64,000 nt of DNA from Erysipelotrichaceae bacterium (GTDB lineage Bacteria; Bacillota_I; Bacilli_A; RFN20; CAG-826): assembly GCA_963588055.1 (NCBI GenBank), contig CAVAGB010000009.1, positions 1,803 to 65,802 of the forward strand, given 5' to 3'. The notes under the pieces are model-generated. The model saw nothing but the letters and a program-made list of their open reading frames with translations. It did not search any database and was not told where the DNA came from. The translations under genes were made by a program, and so were the position numbers. This document shows, one piece after another, positions 62,451-64,000 of this stretch; positions within the stretch are counted from its first letter, which is position 1, and each line of letters begins with the position of its first letter.

Positions 62451-62535
62451 GCACTAGTGGCGAAACTGGTATACGCGATAGACTTAGGATCTATTGGGAC
62501 ACCCCGTGCAGGTTCAAGTCCTGTCTAGTGCACCA
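62451..62535 (+). tRNA. tRNA-Leu (anticodon TAG), class II with a long variable arm
   Basis: Acceptor GCACTAG/CTAGTGC, anticodon arm ATAGA-CTTAGGA-TCTAT, variable arm TGGGACACCCCGT, T arm GCAGG-TTCAAGT-CCTGT, encoded CCA. Confidence 0.85.
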
Positions 62536-62548
62536 TCGAAAAGATAGT

Positions 62549-62583
62549 CTCCAAGTCCCTGAAAAGACGCTTGGAGGCTTTTT
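62549..62583 (+). terminator. Rho-independent terminator after tRNA-Leu
   Basis: Stem CTCCAAG / CTTGGAG followed by GCTTTTT. Confidence 0.55.
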
Positions 62584-62658
62584 ATACCTGCGTAATTTTA
62601 AGGATACGGCGCGGATTCCGACGATGTTAAACGGAATAGTTCTAATGCCGAACCGAAC

Positions 62659-62691
62659 TTGACTCTCTCTCTCTCTCTCTCTCTCTACAAT
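62659..62691 (+). promoter_or_regulatory. Candidate promoter of the LRR lipoprotein gene, with a dinucleotide-repeat spacer
   Basis: TTGACT (62659-62664) and TACAAT (62686-62691) are separated by a 21-nt spacer made entirely of CT repeats. Confidence 0.55.
62663..62686. repeat. (CT)12 perfect dinucleotide microsatellite
   Basis: Counted directly: 24 nt of uninterrupted CT. Confidence 0.95.
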
Positions 62692-62716
62692 AAAAGAAAT
62701 TTTGGAGGCAGGGAGA

Positions 62717-64000
62717 ATGAAGAAATATATTTCCATAGCTTTATGCGCCTTTTCACTAACTTTGGCGGGGTGCGCGTCGGCCCCGAATAGCCCAACCGAA
62801 GGTGGCTCCTCGTCTGAGGGCACCGGAAGTTCAATCCCATCTCATGAGCATACCTATAGCGACTCATGGAGCAATGACGATACCTACCATTGGCATTCGG
62901 CGACGTGCGAACACAAGGATTTGGTGAAAGACAAGACGACACATACCTTTGGCAGCTGGACGATTGATAAGCAAGCCACCGAATACGAGACCGGATCACG
63001 CCACAGGATTTGCACGGTTTGCGAGTATCGCGTCGACGACACAATCGCCAAATTGGATCACACCCACAAAGCAGGCGATCCCGTGAAGGAGAATGAAGTG
63101 GCCCCGACTTGCGAGGGATACGGCTCCTACGACACGGTCGTCTATTGCACCGAATGCAACGCGGAGATCTCCCGCGTAAACGAGACGATTTCGCCTCTCG
63201 GGCATGATTATGGGGAATGGGCGGTGAAGACGCCGGCCAAATGCCAGGAGGATGGGACGGAAGAAAGAGTGTGTTCTAGGGACCCATCCCATAAAGAGAC
63301 CCGCAAGATCGAGGCTATTGGGCATAAGTGGGGCGAAGTAACCTACGAATGGAGCGATGATTATTCGAATTGCACGGCCAAGCGCGTGTGCGAGAACGAT
63401 CCTTCCCACATCGACTCGGAGAAGGTGGCCTCGACTTCAGCCGTGACAAAACAGCCTACTTATTCGGAAGAAGGGCTCATAAAATACTCCGCCGTCTTCA
63501 AAAATGAGGCTTTTGCCAAGCAGGAATATAATCTCGTCACTGAAAAGAGGAGCATGCTTTCCTATAAGCTCAGCACCGATGGGACTTATTACACCGTCAA
63601 GATGGATTCTTCCTCGATATTCGGGGACATCGTCGTCCCTTCGACCTACAACAACCTTCCGGTCAAGGAAGTCGATTACCTCGGCTTCTACGGCTGCACA
63701 AAGATAACCTCAGTCGCCTTGCCTTCCAGCATTGTCAAGATTGGCTACTCGGCTTTCGAGACCTGCTCTTCCTTGACGAGCGTAACCTTGAACGAGGGTC
63801 TCACTGAAATAGGGTACGAGGCCTTCATGTCGTGTGACAAACTCGAGGCAATTGAAATCCCTTCGACTGTCGCTAAGATCGGGTATAACGCCTTCTATCG
63901 CTGCACCGGACTCAAGGAAGCCACCCTGAAAGATGGCTTGGTTGAAATCGGGAGCTGCGCTTTCTACAACTGTTCATCTCTGGCTTCCATTCACATCCCG
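62717..64000 (+). CDS. Surface lipoprotein with Cys/His-rich repeat modules and BspA-type leucine-rich repeats (3' end outside the window)
   Basis: The frame is open from the ATG at 62717 to the window end (428 codons), so it is absent from the ORF track. SD GGAGG lies 8 nt upstream. Lipobox LTLAGC. Repeated modules of the form GH..GEW..K.PA.C...G.E.RVC are followed by LRR units such as VALPSSIVKIGYSAFETCSSLTSVTL. Confidence 0.75.
   Translation, partial: MKKYISIALCAFSLTLAGCASAPNSPTEGGSSSEGTGSSIPSHEHTYSDSWSNDDTYHWHSATCEHKDLVKDKTTHTFGSWTIDKQATEYETGSRHRICTVCEYRVDDTIAKLDHTHKAGDPVKENEVAPTCEGYGSYDTVVYCTECNAEISRVNETISPLGHDYGEWAVKTPAKCQEDGTEERVCSRDPSHKETRKIEAIGHKWGEVTYEWSDDYSNCTAKRVCENDPSHIDSEKVASTSAVTKQPTYSEEGLIKYSAVFKNEAFAKQEYNLVTEKRSMLSYKLSTDGTYYTVKMDSSSIFGDIVVPSTYNNLPVKEVDYLGFYGCTKITSVALPSSIVKIGYSAFETCSSLTSVTLNEGLTEIGYEAFMSCDKLEAIEIPSTVAKIGYNAFYRCTGLKEATLKDGLVEIGSCAFYNCSSLASIHIP

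Noticed and set aside
62137-62535. The idea that the tRNA-Leu 5' half plus the downstream gene form one intron-containing (group I) tRNA-Leu gene.
   Set aside because: The upstream acceptor strand GCGGGCA has no complementary TGCCCGC anywhere downstream. The downstream gene is already a complete cloverleaf with its own matching acceptor stem. I recognised no group I core elements.
1-64000. A search for CRISPR arrays, rRNA genes, IS elements or transposases, integrases other than xerC, phage genes, restriction-modification systems and known defence-system genes.
   Set aside because: None was seen. The only tyrosine recombinase is in the conserved topA-trmFO-xerC housekeeping context. The only notable repeats are the (CT)12 tract and the heptamer array reported above.

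Overview
This is a 64-kb chromosomal segment from a PolC-type (Bacillota-lineage) bacterium with roughly 50% GC. It uses the standard genetic code: TGA ends several genes, including ftsY, topA and the folC-like gene. I call about 64 protein genes, 7 tRNA genes (all with an encoded 3' CCA) and one tRNA-like relic. I saw no rRNA, CRISPR array, transposase or phage genes. Positions 1-32 kb are housekeeping genes in Bacillus-like order: yloV-recG, rnc-ftsY-ylxM-ffh, rpsP-khpA-rimM-trmD (inverted here), rplS-lepB-rbgA-rnhB, dprA-topA-trmFO-xerC, and rpsB-tsf-pyrH-frr-uppS-cdsA-dxr-rseP-polC. Positions 32-62 kb are mixed. They hold single tRNA genes, sugar-utilisation genes (GH3, ROK kinase, manA, GH13), a CDF transporter, hemolysin III, a metalloprotease lipoprotein, smpB, a folC-like gene, comEB, ecfA1-ecfA2-ecfT-truA, yebC, a DUF362/XRE pair, rplM-rpsI, ruvX, an M18 peptidase and potABCD. 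The window ends in an unusual tRNA-Leu locus and a partial LRR lipoprotein gene that the ORF track does not list. The observations most worth a second look are as follows. (1) A perfect (CT)12 tract forms the whole spacer of the TTGACT/TACAAT promoter of the LRR lipoprotein, a candidate phase-variation switch. (2) About 240 nt of non-coding DNA between a decayed tRNA-Leu copy and the intact tRNA-Leu gene carries seven TGCGGAC heptamers. (3) A LemA gene and a 620-aa two-TM protein gene are inserted into the ffh operon, next to an inverted rpsP-trmD block. (4) PotA is greatly enlarged. (5) Many genes lack a Shine-Dalgarno sequence and start a few nt downstream of a -10 box, including a mirror-symmetric divergent pair built on a 16-bp palindrome. 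(6) The motif ATAAT(T)ACCCCCG recurs at three promoters. (7) There are two self-contained small-ORF transcription units. Start codons, promoters and terminators are inferred by eye only. No database or folding computation was run.
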